A stretch of 64,000 nucleotides of DNA from IMG/VR virus record IMGVR_UViG_3300032132_000748; one strand, 5' to 3'. Shown piece after piece: positions 40,641-51,213 of the stretch. The stretch comes from a virus. Its lineage: Duplodnaviria; Caudoviricetes. The position numbers and the translations under genes are program-made. The notes beneath the pieces are model-generated. The model worked only from the letters and a program-made list of their open reading frames with translations, made no database searches and had not been told where the DNA came from. The first letter of the stretch is position 1. The number at the start of each line of letters is the position of its first letter.

Positions 40641-42068
40641 ATGTCTGATGCTAGATTTAGAGAGATAGAAAGACGCTGGAAAGCAGAACCTAGCCCCGAG
40701 TTAGCGATGCAATACCTGCAGGAAATAGTTCGAGCAGATCGAGGAGTAGACTTACTTGATATCCCAGGCTATATACTTGCTCAAAAAGAGATAAACCGAT
40801 ATCTAGAAGATATGAAGCGCGTCCGGTTTGCAGGAAGATCGTTTCCTGGTGTAGTGATGAACTTGCTGAACGAAAGACAGCGTGCCTTTGATGCTGGCTC
40901 TTCGATGGCCATCGCCTACGGTTTGGTGAATGCACCCCTTGATATTATCACCTATGCAGAGGAAAACTACGGGTCAGACGATGAAAGACGCACTAATATC
41001 ATTCAACAGTGGTCATTACATAATGCTCTTGAAATAGCGCTCCCAGAACCTGATCTCTCTTTTGAGATTGAATATGAGATAATAGCTCTTTATTGGGTTG
41101 CTCAAGGAGCCCCTATTCGTTCAGGATCTCTCAGTAACGCCCTCACAGAAGAGGGCAGAGAAGAAACCGAAGAGGGGGTTGAGTATAAATTACAGGCAAA
41201 CACCAAGGAACCTTATTTATTTGCCGTAATACGCACTAGCCACACCACAGAAATCACTGATGAGCTTCAAGACACCACCGAAGAGATTGATACAAATCGC
41301 TACTATTCCGTGTATTACAGACTGCGAGGAGAGAAGAAAACTATGTATCGCAGACCGTTGCCGGAAGAACTGGACTGGACAGTGATTCCTAGGTCAGGTT
41401 ATATTTATGATGGAATTTCCCCAAACCACCTTGGAGTAGAATTCAACCACGGAAATCAAATTTATAGGCTATTCGGCGACCTGAACAAAGAAAGAGACGA
41501 TGCCGAATGTACACAAGACGAAATAAACTCTGCTATGGAAAATGTAGATCGCTACAGAGAGTCAATATCTCAGACCATTGATCAAACATTCATAGATGTT
41601 CATGAAGAACGAGGCTTTGCCTCAGTAACCTTATTTGATCGATTTACGGACTCTCCAATAATTGATTGGCATGATCAGGCTGTATTCGAACTAATCGATG
41701 ATGGGTTTTTTCACGGACCTTTCAATGCCAATACCAGAGGCGAGTTTCACCAATCTGTTTACGAATATGCAGAAAGTCACGGACTGTTGCCCTGGCAAGG
41801 TAGTGAGGGTGAAACAGGGCACATGAGAAACCCCACAGAGCACGCAAGGTCCTGGCATATCTCTATAGGCCCTGCCCCGTTTAAAAAGACTACCATAGCT
41901 GCCTTCGGAACATTTGAGGCGTTGAGCAAAGCCGCCCTTCATTTTGGGGTCTCTTATGATAGAGAAGACGTAGAATATGGGGTAGAAGAAGAAACTAGAG
42001 CCCCTATGCTAACTGTTCAAACTCATGATGGGCGGTGGCTTCAGATCTGGCAGAATATCCAAAGATGA
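40641..42068 (+). CDS. hypothetical protein
   Basis: 475-aa ORF; TATAAT 6 nt upstream of ATG. Confidence 0.7.
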   Translation: MSDARFREIERRWKAEPSPELAMQYLQEIVRADRGVDLLDIPGYILAQKEINRYLEDMKRVRFAGRSFPGVVMNLLNERQRAFDAGSSMAIAYGLVNAPLDIITYAEENYGSDDERRTNIIQQWSLHNALEIALPEPDLSFEIEYEIIALYWVAQGAPIRSGSLSNALTEEGREETEEGVEYKLQANTKEPYLFAVIRTSHTTEITDELQDTTEEIDTNRYYSVYYRLRGEKKTMYRRPLPEELDWTVIPRSGYIYDGISPNHLGVEFNHGNQIYRLFGDLNKERDDAECTQDEINSAMENVDRYRESISQTIDQTFIDVHEERGFASVTLFDRFTDSPIIDWHDQAVFELIDDGFFHGPFNANTRGEFHQSVYEYAESHGLLPWQGSEGETGHMRNPTEHARSWHISIGPAPFKKTTIAAFGTFEALSKAALHFGVSYDREDVEYGVEEETRAPMLTVQTHDGRWLQIWQNIQR

Positions 42069-42136
42069 GAGTACAAGAAAGAAGCTCGCCACGAATGACG
42101 AGCTTCTTCCAGAGCAGAACAGAGAAGAAAAGACAG

Positions 42137-43726
42137 CTATCCAAGTACTGTTTTAGTGTGTTCTTTTCCATCGAAGGTCCATCGAACCGATGAGCGATTA
42201 TTGTTATCGTCATCCTCAAAGGTGTCAATGTGAACGGGTCGCCTCCAAATCTTGAAGAGATTTTCCAGCGTATCCTTACCCTTTGTCGGGTCAAGCTCTA
42301 TCTGCTGGTCTTCGAATACGTGACGCATACGAAGCTCTCCTCTATGGGCGTGGTCCGCATTCTCGACCTGAATAACAGGTTGACCTCCATTAACAAGTAA
42401 CCGCAAGAAGTGATCTTTTACGTCGGTGAAATCCCTGGTGACTTCATCGTAACCGAATCGGTTTGGCTTGTAAGAGAACAACCGCTGCTCACGGCAAAAC
42501 TCTTCAGTCAAATATGTTTCGATAAACGTAACGTCGTTATGGCTTTGCCTGACTTTGAAAAGTTCAGCCTTTCCAAGACCTAATTTACGATCCCAGTTGG
42601 ACTTCTCCTCCATCGAGGTGCAACGCTCATACTCAGGACCAAATTGTCCCTTGTTCCACCGCTCCTCAATATTACGGTATAAAGCAAGACCAAGTCGGTA
42701 AGGGTTGATCGATTGTCCTTGAGCAATAGCCCTTGATTGGCTATCGCAGTAGTCAACAATTTCTGCGTCTGTGGCGAGCCGAGCGTCTGCATCACGACCA
42801 GTCATGAATTTCTGGTGGATAAACGTGGCCCAGCCCTCGTTCATTATCTTTGTCATTCTCTGAGGAGCAAAGTAATAAGCTTCCTCGCGAACCATCGCCA
42901 GAATATCTCGTTTCCATTGTTCATCTGCATGGAATTTTGCATTATTGACCAAGAACCCGAGAATATCTCTATCTGGGTTTACTGGCAACTTCTTGCGCTT
43001 ACTCTTATCATCAGCACGTTTTCTACGCTGAACTTCAAGGAATTCAGGAGTGTTGATGTAGCGATCCATGTAGGAATTAGCTTTAAGGCGTGGTAGCGGT
43101 TTCGCTTCCTCTTCCTCAGTAACCGGATCATCTTGTCGCTTAATGAGCGACATATAGGGATCAATCAAGTTTTCAAGTGACAGACAAACGTCTAACCAGT
43201 TTTCAACCTCCGAAGCCCCATGACGGTTCATAAATCGCTGAACACGACTGGCATTGTTAGCCATTTGATCAAGCATGTAGCGATCTGTAGGCCCGAACCA
43301 AGCGTTATTTCTGAAGAAATCAGCGTGCCCACAAACGTGGATCATAACTAATTTCTGCTCAACAAGAGTGTTAGTGCTCAAAAGATAGGCAATAACAGGA
43401 TTGGTGTTAATAACTAGTTCGTAGATTTTAGCGGCACCGTAGACATATTTACGGTGGAGGCTCTCAAAATCCATTCCGTAGGTCCAGTGGGACATACGAC
43501 GAGGAAAGCCTGTGTAGGCAGCAATACCATTTAGTTCTTTTGGCGTGACCTGTAAGAACTTGATTGGATCGAAGGTAAGACCATAATCCTCTGCAATTCC
43601 AAAAATCTTTTTTGCATGTTTTCTGAGATCAGCAGGCAATTCCCTATTCGGGAAACCCCTAACTGAGTTTTGGTAAACTACGGGCTTTTCATCCGTAGGC
43701 TTTGCTTTTGCTTTATGACCTGCCAT
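42137..43726 (-). CDS. spoVR: SpoVR/YcgB family protein
   Basis: G.P.R..HW.YG, KIYELVIN.NP..AYL, HV.GH.DFF.NN, YF.PQ..TKIMNEGWAT, NPY.LG; AGGAG RBS. Confidence 0.95.
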   Translation of the reverse strand: MAGHKAKAKPTDEKPVVYQNSVRGFPNRELPADLRKHAKKIFGIAEDYGLTFDPIKFLQVTPKELNGIAAYTGFPRRMSHWTYGMDFESLHRKYVYGAAKIYELVINTNPVIAYLLSTNTLVEQKLVMIHVCGHADFFRNNAWFGPTDRYMLDQMANNASRVQRFMNRHGASEVENWLDVCLSLENLIDPYMSLIKRQDDPVTEEEEAKPLPRLKANSYMDRYINTPEFLEVQRRKRADDKSKRKKLPVNPDRDILGFLVNNAKFHADEQWKRDILAMVREEAYYFAPQRMTKIMNEGWATFIHQKFMTGRDADARLATDAEIVDYCDSQSRAIAQGQSINPYRLGLALYRNIEERWNKGQFGPEYERCTSMEEKSNWDRKLGLGKAELFKVRQSHNDVTFIETYLTEEFCREQRLFSYKPNRFGYDEVTRDFTDVKDHFLRLLVNGGQPVIQVENADHAHRGELRMRHVFEDQQIELDPTKGKDTLENLFKIWRRPVHIDTFEDDDNNNRSSVRWTFDGKEHTKTVLG

Positions 43727-43766
43727 TGTAATCTCCTCTACGCCAAGTCTGCTAACTTAGGTTATT

Positions 43767-43797
43767 ACCTGTGACCGGGTAAATCCCGGCCACAGGT
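43767..43797 (-). promoter_or_regulatory. stable intergenic hairpin between prkA and spoVR
   Basis: Minus strand ACCTGTGGCCGGG-ATTTA-CCCGGTCACAGGT: 13-bp stem with one G-U, no U-tract. Confidence 0.6.
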
Positions 43798-43816
43798 CAG
43801 GGTGTAACGTTAGACG

Positions 43817-45886
43817 TTACTGGTTGGCGGGGTCGCCACGGACAAAGACACTCGCGACGTAGTTAAGCACGTCTCGTGATGACTCGTCGTTGTAGCCATA
43901 GGTATCTATGAGCCGCTGGCGAACAACCTCAATCTGCTTCTGAGTATCAGCGTCAACCACATCGGTCATCAACGTGTTAAGGTTGATCGTGTTTTTGCTG
44001 TCCTCGAAGAGTTTCAGTTCCAAAGCCTTCTGCAAACGCTCGTTGTTCCAGTATTCGAACTTCTTACCGTCAACAGCAAGAGCACCAATGTAGTTCATCA
44101 ACTCGCGGCGGAAATCATCCTTACGGGAGGCAGGAATATCGATTTTCTCTTCGATAGAGCGCATGAGCTGCTCATCCGGCTCTTCTTCCTGGCCCGTGTA
44201 TTTGTTGCGAATACGTTCACGCTGGCAGAACGCCTTAACGTTGTCAACGTAGTTAGCACAAAGTCGCGCAATTGCTTCTTCGTCCGCACAGATAGCACGC
44301 TGAACCTCGTTCTTAACGATATCAGTGTACTCTTCTTCCACATCAGCCAGGAGTGCTTCGTACTTCTGACGCTGATCCTTGTTAACAAGGGCGTGGTTCT
44401 TCAACCCGTCACGAATCTCATTCATAAGAATGAATGCGTTGACGTGACTGTATTTATCAGTCGAAAGCGCGGCTGAAAGCTTGTCCTGAATGAAGCGAGG
44501 GCTAATACCCTCCATACCTTCTCTCAGTTCCTTACCTTCATCTCGAAGCTCTTGAACGTTATCGATGGTGTAACCGGGGAGGGTTTTACCGTCGTAAAGC
44601 TTAAGCTTCTGCATCAACGTGATATTGCTGTCACGGGGATCTTTAAGACGAGTCAAGATTGCCCACATAGCTGCGATTGTTATCGTATGCGGCGCAATGT
44701 GCTTCGGAGGTGCCGAGAAATCTCGCTTGTAGATTCGCTCTTCCTCAGTAAGCTCCAAGTTGTAAGCGATATCAACCTTAATGGTTCTATCCTTGAAAGC
44801 TTCCATCAACTCGTCATTCTGGAGCTTCTTGTATTCCGGGTTGTTCGTGTGACCGAGGATGACTTCGTCAATATCGGTTTGTGCGAACTTACGCGGCTTG
44901 ATTTGCTTTTCCTGCGTAGCAGTGAGCAAGTCATACAAGAAAGCGGTTTCCAGCTTCAGCAACTCGATGAATTCGATCATGCCGCGATTAGCAACGTTGA
45001 ATTCTCCGTCGAAGTTGAATGCACGAGGATCACTGTCCGAACCGTAGATGGCAATCTTACGGTAATTGATATCACCTGTAAGTTCTGTCGCATCCTGGCT
45101 CTTTTCGTCCTTCGGCTGGTAAGTTCCGATACCCATACGGTCTTTTTCGGAGATAATCATCCGCTTAACGCGGAAGTATTTCTGAATGACCGCCTGCCAG
45201 TCGCCGTTTTCTCGCTCTAAGAAGATAGAGAAGTATTTACGACTAGCCGGATCAAGTGTTCCCTTGTGGGCAACAATCGGATAAGCGGTTTTCACTCCAG
45301 CAAAGAGTTCATCAACAAACGCTTGTCGAACCTCTGAGGGAATGAGTTTGAGAGGCTCTTCGTGCATCGGTGAATCGATCCACTCCTCTTCACCCGCAGC
45401 CGCGTCTGGATCCTTAATCTGGAAGGTGAAAAGACGACCAGCATCAGAACGTGAGTAACGCTCCAAGCCTCGCTTCAAAAGACGAGCGATTGTTGACTTT
45501 GCGGAGCCAACAGGTCCGTGCATAAGAAGAATACGGCGCTCAACACCATAACCCTCTGCACCCGCCTTGAGCAACTCAACCAGCTTATTAAGCTCTGAGT
45601 CAATACCGAATACGGCGTCCTTACCATTACCTTCTTCGTCGTCGAAGAATTTCCAGCGACGGAAAGTCTCTCGATGACGCTCGTAGTCCTCGTGCCCGTG
45701 AGACACGATCATATCGTAGAGCCGCTGATAAGCATTTCTTGCGATACCTGGATCACCGCGCAACATATCGAGATACTCGATAAAGGTGCAAACCTGATTC
45801 AGTTCTTTAAACTGCTCGGTCAGCGAAAATTTCTTCATCAAACCTGCGGCTGACCCTACAGATTTGGCTGCTTTCGCTTTAGCCAT
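43817..45886 (-). CDS. prkA: PrkA/YeaG family AAA+ protein (canonical copy)
   Basis: HGPVGSAKST, P.HEEPL.LIP, PKDEKSQD..ELTG, SD.DPRAF..DGE...ANRG..EF.E.LK, H.N..E, EAF.DR; start at ATG 45886 after GAGGA. Confidence 0.95.
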   Translation of the reverse strand: MAKAKAAKSVGSAAGLMKKFSLTEQFKELNQVCTFIEYLDMLRGDPGIARNAYQRLYDMIVSHGHEDYERHRETFRRWKFFDDEEGNGKDAVFGIDSELNKLVELLKAGAEGYGVERRILLMHGPVGSAKSTIARLLKRGLERYSRSDAGRLFTFQIKDPDAAAGEEEWIDSPMHEEPLKLIPSEVRQAFVDELFAGVKTAYPIVAHKGTLDPASRKYFSIFLERENGDWQAVIQKYFRVKRMIISEKDRMGIGTYQPKDEKSQDATELTGDINYRKIAIYGSDSDPRAFNFDGEFNVANRGMIEFIELLKLETAFLYDLLTATQEKQIKPRKFAQTDIDEVILGHTNNPEYKKLQNDELMEAFKDRTIKVDIAYNLELTEEERIYKRDFSAPPKHIAPHTITIAAMWAILTRLKDPRDSNITLMQKLKLYDGKTLPGYTIDNVQELRDEGKELREGMEGISPRFIQDKLSAALSTDKYSHVNAFILMNEIRDGLKNHALVNKDQRQKYEALLADVEEEYTDIVKNEVQRAICADEEAIARLCANYVDNVKAFCQRERIRNKYTGQEEEPDEQLMRSIEEKIDIPASRKDDFRRELMNYIGALAVDGKKFEYWNNERLQKALELKLFEDSKNTINLNTLMTDVVDADTQKQIEVVRQRLIDTYGYNDESSRDVLNYVASVFVRGDPANQ

Positions 45887-45899
45887 GGATAGTCCTCTC

Positions 45900-48236
45900 T
45901 TATTCCTCTTCAGTTCTGATAAGGAAAACAACTGCTTCCTTAAGGGATTCTAACGTGTAGCCCAGCGCTAACATGTTATTAACTGTTTTCTCGACAGTTT
46001 TTGCATGATCTGCCGGGACCACCAGTTTCCAATCTTCAGTATCCCACTTGGGAATTGAATTTTGGATTTTTTTCAATTGATCTCGCTGTTCCGTATCACT
46101 GTTTCTGCGTAGCGCATCAAGTAGATCTGAGAATAGCGTTTTGTAGGGAGGAAGCTGGCCCTTACCCAATTTATCTGAGTGTTTAGTTGCCCAAGCACCA
46201 AGCTTGCTAAAGAGAGCTTTACGACGATCCTTGAATTCGGATTTGTCGATACCCATCTTCTCTTCAACAGAGCGCATCAGGAGTTCGTTCGGGGGCTCAT
46301 ACTTTCCAGTTTGAGAGTTTTTAATCTTCTCATTCTGGGTCCAGGCTTTAACGCTATCAATGTAGCGAATAAAGAGTTCCTCGTATTGATCTTCTGAGAT
46401 CAACCCTGCAGCACTTCTTAGGTCTTGACGAAGCATTCTACAGTAGAATTCCTTTACTTCACCTAGGATTTTATCGGGAGCCAAGAAGCCCTTTTCGTAT
46501 TTAGAACCCTCATCGTTACCTTCGTGCAACTTAGTGAATTCATAGATACTCTTGTTTTCAATCACACCTTCGATGGTTTGAAACAAGGCCATAGGCGAAA
46601 GGTAGCGACGACGACGGTTGGTGTTAATAACTATCGTTTCCACGTCTCGATAAGAAGCACCACTTCGACCCTCATAGGAGGCGTCATCTATGCCACCACC
46701 CTGAACTGGAATAATACGATCACGAGTGTTTGCATACTCATTAGCAATATGCTTAAGATCTCGTTCCAGAGCATTACGATTCTTTTGAGACCAGGTGGGC
46801 GGACCACAACCTGTATCGTAGAGGTATGCCTTCTCTGTTCCTGTCAACTTCGATCCCATAGAATCTTCTGAACGCCGCAGACGAGTTAATACTGTCCACA
46901 AAGCAAGTATGCTCTTTGTGTGAGGAGCAATATGCGTCTTCGAGAGAGCTTCTTCAAGAGGAGCAGCTTCGTCGATAGTAATCGCGTGCTCATCCAAAAT
47001 TAACCCACAAGTTTCCTTAACATTACTCCATTGAAGCAAGTAAGGGACTTTAACGTAGACAAACCGACCATTAAACGAAGGCCAATCCGGGTGACGCTTG
47101 AATTTACTCAAGGTCTTTTCATTGTCCGTCGCAAAGATTACGCAATCAAGTTGGGCTGTGAAACCTGGCAGGTTAATTGTGCCCCACTCAGCAGTGTTGA
47201 GGAGGTATTTGTTCTCATCAGGGTGACGTTTAAAGATTTCACCATACTCAACGATGCCTCGGTTGGAATCAACAAGGTCGCCGTAAGGCTGGTGCATTGA
47301 TGCCATAGCAAGAGCGCGAGGAATACGGTAACTCTTCTCTAGTGTTAACTCACGAGAATGGGCGTCACCATTTCGGCAAGGATCAATTGATATAAGACCT
47401 TTACGGAATAACTTAGAGAAGTAAAACCGCTCGATTTGGACGTGACGAATTACCTTAGTCCAATCACCACCATTAGAAACAAGAAGCTGGCGAAAGATTT
47501 CTTTACTCTTTTGGCTCAACTCAGCTTCGTAAAGCGGGTGTGGTTGGGGAACTTTCAAAGCCCGGAGAAGCTTGGCACGCTCAGGAATAGGAATAAGCAG
47601 TAGAGGATTATCTTTCATGCTTGAAGGCAGCTTGAAAGTAACGTCCTCGGGATCTGTATGAGCAAGGGTATCGCTGTTGTAATCCTCGTTCTTACCTTGT
47701 CCCTTTGCAAAACCTAAAGCTTTTTCTTTCTCACCTACGTCGGAGAAAAGCCAGTTGAACGTATAAACGGCACCTTGGGGAAGTTTTGAGTATTCCTCTA
47801 CTGCCAACATGATGGAAGCGTTTAGGGAAGTCTTAGCCGAACCATTAGGTCCGTGCAAAAGAATGATTTTGTTTACACGGTTCTTAGCGAAAGAAGAAAC
47901 GTAGTTGTAAATCTGGTTTTGAGCAAACTCTTGACCGAAAACAGGGAAGAAACGATCAAAGATAGACCATCTTCTTACCATCTCTCCGGTTATTGCTCTT
48001 ACTTCATAATGACCAAAGTGATCAAAAACGTCCTTAAGGTATTGTGCCGAGCTTCGGCAATACTTCTCTGGCTCAGCTTTAACTGAGGCAATAAATTCTT
48101 GAAACGATTTAATCGTTTGATTTGTTTCAAAGCGATTCTTAATCGCGACAGAAACATTCTCCAAAACCCAATCTTCGGGCTCCGTTTGGATTTCAAAATC
48201 GTCGGCTGCTGTTGGTTTTTGACGCCTTGCCATCAC
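45900..48236 (-). CDS. prkA: PrkA/YeaG family AAA+ protein (divergent copy)
   Basis: LLHGPNGSAKT, DNPLLLIP, GDLVDSNRG..EY.E..K, V.VPY.L, HIAPH, EG..G.S.R, PNE.LMRSVE. Confidence 0.85.
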   Translation of the reverse strand: MMARRQKPTAADDFEIQTEPEDWVLENVSVAIKNRFETNQTIKSFQEFIASVKAEPEKYCRSSAQYLKDVFDHFGHYEVRAITGEMVRRWSIFDRFFPVFGQEFAQNQIYNYVSSFAKNRVNKIILLHGPNGSAKTSLNASIMLAVEEYSKLPQGAVYTFNWLFSDVGEKEKALGFAKGQGKNEDYNSDTLAHTDPEDVTFKLPSSMKDNPLLLIPIPERAKLLRALKVPQPHPLYEAELSQKSKEIFRQLLVSNGGDWTKVIRHVQIERFYFSKLFRKGLISIDPCRNGDAHSRELTLEKSYRIPRALAMASMHQPYGDLVDSNRGIVEYGEIFKRHPDENKYLLNTAEWGTINLPGFTAQLDCVIFATDNEKTLSKFKRHPDWPSFNGRFVYVKVPYLLQWSNVKETCGLILDEHAITIDEAAPLEEALSKTHIAPHTKSILALWTVLTRLRRSEDSMGSKLTGTEKAYLYDTGCGPPTWSQKNRNALERDLKHIANEYANTRDRIIPVQGGGIDDASYEGRSGASYRDVETIVINTNRRRRYLSPMALFQTIEGVIENKSIYEFTKLHEGNDEGSKYEKGFLAPDKILGEVKEFYCRMLRQDLRSAAGLISEDQYEELFIRYIDSVKAWTQNEKIKNSQTGKYEPPNELLMRSVEEKMGIDKSEFKDRRKALFSKLGAWATKHSDKLGKGQLPPYKTLFSDLLDALRRNSDTEQRDQLKKIQNSIPKWDTEDWKLVVPADHAKTVEKTVNNMLALGYTLESLKEAVVFLIRTEEE

Positions 48237-48388
48237 TAGTCCTGTCTGCTTGCTCTCTGGCCTCTGCCAGCTTTTCCCCAGTATACCTGGGGAGCCGCAA
48301 GAGGCAACACTGAAGATTTCCAGTTAATTGGGCTAAATTTTACTCTTAATACAAATTCTGGTAAAATGGTAATGAAGGTCTTAAGATT

Positions 48389-49258
48389 ATGGCTAATAGT
48401 GGCTTTAAGTGTATTTATTTGATTTGTGTTGATCATAACAACGACGTTAACCACGTTATAGGAAGAAATCCGTCTTTAAAGCGCGCGAGAACACTAGCTT
48501 CAAATGCCCGAACTAAATGGCCTGATAAAGATATCTACATTTCTGTAGAAAAGATACTAGAGAATCCGATGATATCGGAAAACGATTCACTTCCTGAACT
48601 ATCCCAACCATATCCTATGGAGGAGGAGGATACAACCTCCGATACAGAGGAGCTACGAAATCCTGAAGCTATTTGTATCTGCGGTAAATTATCGGGGGAA
48701 TGCGTTGGTTTGCTTGATTGTCGATGTAATGCCTTAGCAAAATGCAAGAATCTTGATTTTAATAGAGACAATCCTTTTGATACCAACCCTGGCTGGGGAT
48801 TAAGCAGCGAATTACCTAAAAATATGTACAGAACCTTAATTCGAGTCGAAGGTTTTAGGCGGGGGATCATAGATACAGTTATCCCTGGCTGGGATCCAGA
48901 GCAAACCGTTAGCATTAGCGCAAATGAATTACCATCAGAAGCTTTGGCTAAAATAAAAGAAGGATATAAGTATTTTTACGCTAAGGTAAACTTAGACGCA
49001 GAAAACGTTGATGATCTAGTAATAGAATTTCTTGAGATGGGACCAAAGCAAGCGCCCACAAATGAAGAAGTTTTTGGAGAAGAGTTTGCTCATTTAGACG
49101 ACGAAGACGAAGACATACCTTGGAGTGAGGAAGAAGCTGAAGCTTGGGAAGACGAAGATGATTCCGAGGAATATGAAGACGAAGATGACGATGACTTCGA
49201 TGAAGAAACAGAGAATTTCGTAGAATCAGATGAAGACGAATATGAAGATTCTGAGTAG
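48389..49258 (+). CDS. acidic hypothetical protein
   Basis: 289 aa; Cys cluster in the middle; long D/E tail. Confidence 0.65.
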   Translation: MANSGFKCIYLICVDHNNDVNHVIGRNPSLKRARTLASNARTKWPDKDIYISVEKILENPMISENDSLPELSQPYPMEEEDTTSDTEELRNPEAICICGKLSGECVGLLDCRCNALAKCKNLDFNRDNPFDTNPGWGLSSELPKNMYRTLIRVEGFRRGIIDTVIPGWDPEQTVSISANELPSEALAKIKEGYKYFYAKVNLDAENVDDLVIEFLEMGPKQAPTNEEVFGEEFAHLDDEDEDIPWSEEEAEAWEDEDDSEEYEDEDDDDFDEETENFVESDEDEYEDSE

Positions 49259-49260
49259 AT

Positions 49261-49302
49261 AAAAGAAAACCCCCGATCAAATCAATGATCGGAGGCTCTT
49301 TT
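49261..49302. terminator. probable bidirectional terminator between convergent genes
   Basis: CCGATCA-AATCAA-TGATCGG stem flanked by A and T runs. Confidence 0.5.
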
Positions 49303-49320
49303 AAAATCCTGACCTACTAC

Positions 49321-50997
49321 TTAAAGCAGCCCAGCGCTAAAATCGCGAACGATCTTAGGAGTGGCGGTATCGAAGCCAACAATATCTAGCATACCCGGAT
49401 CTTTTGGATCGGCAATGCTGAACTTGGTTGGAGTCATAGCAAGAACAACAAGTCTAGCTGGGATGCCAGTCTTATCACGATACCTTTGGAGAGCTTGAAC
49501 TGGGTGTCCAGTCTTCCCTGCGCTATTACCTCTACGGCCCCAATATCCTCCGCCAGGTTTTCCATCGTACCAGGTTTCGTTATCGGTTAGGACAACGAAA
49601 GTATCGATTTCAATACCCCTTTCTGCTGCATATACCATAGGCAACGCGCAGTTAGTAGCACCGAAAGGAATGCCAGACATCTTTTTGATAACAGCACCGA
49701 GACTATCCTTCTTGGACAAGCCAAGATCGACAAAGTCGTGACTGAAACCCATAGCAAGTGACTTACGCTCTGTACGATAAATCGTCATAGCCAAAGCCGC
49801 CGCACCAATCCGAGGAGTGATGCCGGTCATACCTGCTAATTCTGGACCACCCATTGAACCACTAACATCGACGCCCAAAAGGAATCGTTTGTTTGCTGGT
49901 TCAACATTTTCGAATGAAGCGTAGAACGCCTCATCCAAAGAATCCATAATATCTGGAATCACTTCCCAGGTCTTCTTACCCTTAACACCTCGGCCACGAC
50001 CGTAGGTATTGATTGCTACAAGAACATTCAATGGGTGGATACGAGCTTTCTTAAGTGCTTCACGATTAGTTAAGCGCTCTTGAACTAGTTGCAGGTTATC
50101 CCAACCACCTTTCTTTAGAACCCCGTTAGAAGACAAGCTACCGAGGTTTCTAATAAGAGCAGTCATACCCAAAGATGGAAGCATAGCTTCCCATACTTTT
50201 GGAGTACGCAGATTGGTTGGGATGCATTCCCAAGGAAGCTTAAATTCTTCGACTAAGCGAATTACTTCTGCTTCACTGCCTGCACGTTTTGCTCGCTCAA
50301 AGGCCCAGATTTTACGTAGACCTTCTACCTGAGGAACTGTTTCAGGAAGACCCCCTCCTTCGTTACCTTTGATAATCCATCGGTAAATAAGGCTCTTTTC
50401 CTCATCATTAGTTTTAATGTGAGAAAGACGGAAAATATCTCGGTGAGACCATCCATTACGCTGCTGATACTTAGTAACTTGGTGCGCAAGTTCCCTTGGG
50501 CTCTTATCATTGTACCAACGGTTGAAAGCTTTGCTCACAGCTTTGGACCAACCACGAAGGGCTCGAATGTTTGAAGCAAATGCGAATAGATGTGTACCTA
50601 TACGCGCAACTTTTGGCATCTCTTTGAATGCGTAAGACTTAGTCTCTGCATCGCCCATGCTTGCAGCTAAGGCAAGAACGAACAAAGCAGCATCATTCCT
50701 AGGAGCACGACCTCCCTGAGAAATTTTAACAACTTCGTTTACAACACGCTTACCGTCAGCTTTAATGCAAGCTAGAACGTTTGTAGCATTTTCTTTAGTC
50801 AGCTTTGCTTCACCTACATAGTAGGTTCCGCCTTCTGATCCGAGAATCAAGAAGCGATGTAGCTGTGACCATTTATCAACGACAAAAGAGAAACCTCCTG
50901 CGTTGTTCTTTTCCTGGTTTGTACCAAGAATCTTTTCGCTTTGTGGGGTTTTTTCTCCACGACGTGCGCGCGTCTTGATGTGATCTGTGTATTTCAT
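49321..50997 (-). CDS. rsr: Ro60/Rsr TROVE-domain RNA-binding protein
   Basis: N.AGG.SF...W..L.RFLILGSEGGTYY, KY.QRNGWSHRD..RLSH, ALIRNL, ARIHP, vWA DVSGSM, TDNET, DP.MLD.VGFD; start ATG 50997 after GGAGG. Confidence 0.95.
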   Translation of the reverse strand: MKYTDHIKTRARRGEKTPQSEKILGTNQEKNNAGGFSFVVDKWSQLHRFLILGSEGGTYYVGEAKLTKENATNVLACIKADGKRVVNEVVKISQGGRAPRNDAALFVLALAASMGDAETKSYAFKEMPKVARIGTHLFAFASNIRALRGWSKAVSKAFNRWYNDKSPRELAHQVTKYQQRNGWSHRDIFRLSHIKTNDEEKSLIYRWIIKGNEGGGLPETVPQVEGLRKIWAFERAKRAGSEAEVIRLVEEFKLPWECIPTNLRTPKVWEAMLPSLGMTALIRNLGSLSSNGVLKKGGWDNLQLVQERLTNREALKKARIHPLNVLVAINTYGRGRGVKGKKTWEVIPDIMDSLDEAFYASFENVEPANKRFLLGVDVSGSMGGPELAGMTGITPRIGAAALAMTIYRTERKSLAMGFSHDFVDLGLSKKDSLGAVIKKMSGIPFGATNCALPMVYAAERGIEIDTFVVLTDNETWYDGKPGGGYWGRRGNSAGKTGHPVQALQRYRDKTGIPARLVVLAMTPTKFSIADPKDPGMLDIVGFDTATPKIVRDFSAGLL

Positions 50998-51080
50998 GGT
51001 TAAACCTCCATTTAACTTGTATACAACCAAATACGGATGAGAGCCCTCTGGCTGTCAAAAGAAATAAGGTCTTGGGATCT

Positions 51081-51113
51081 CAGGACTTAGGCGGCCTGGC
51101 CTGCCATAAGCCT
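51081..51113. repeat. imperfect copy of the palindromic element at 51348-51379
   Basis: CAGGACTTAGGCGGCCTGGCCTGCCATAAGCC resembles CAGGACTTATGGCTTGGCCCGCCATAAGTCC. Confidence 0.55.
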
Positions 51114-51175
51114 AATTATAGGGCAAATATAATAAATTCAATGTTTCAGTAATTATTTGGTTATTGATCTGAGTA

Positions 51176-51213
51176 CAAAGAAATAGCCCGGAGCATTAAC
51201 TCCGGGCTATTTC
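51176..51213 (-). terminator. intrinsic terminator
   Basis: Perfect 14-bp inverted repeat GAAATAGCCCGGAG/CTCCGGGCTATTTC; on the minus strand followed by TTTG. Confidence 0.85.

Noticed and set aside
44552-45220. 222-aa + strand ORF and the many other antisense ORFs in the track
   Set aside because: Shadow frames of well-supported genes (prkA, clpC, tuf and others) with no motifs or RBS
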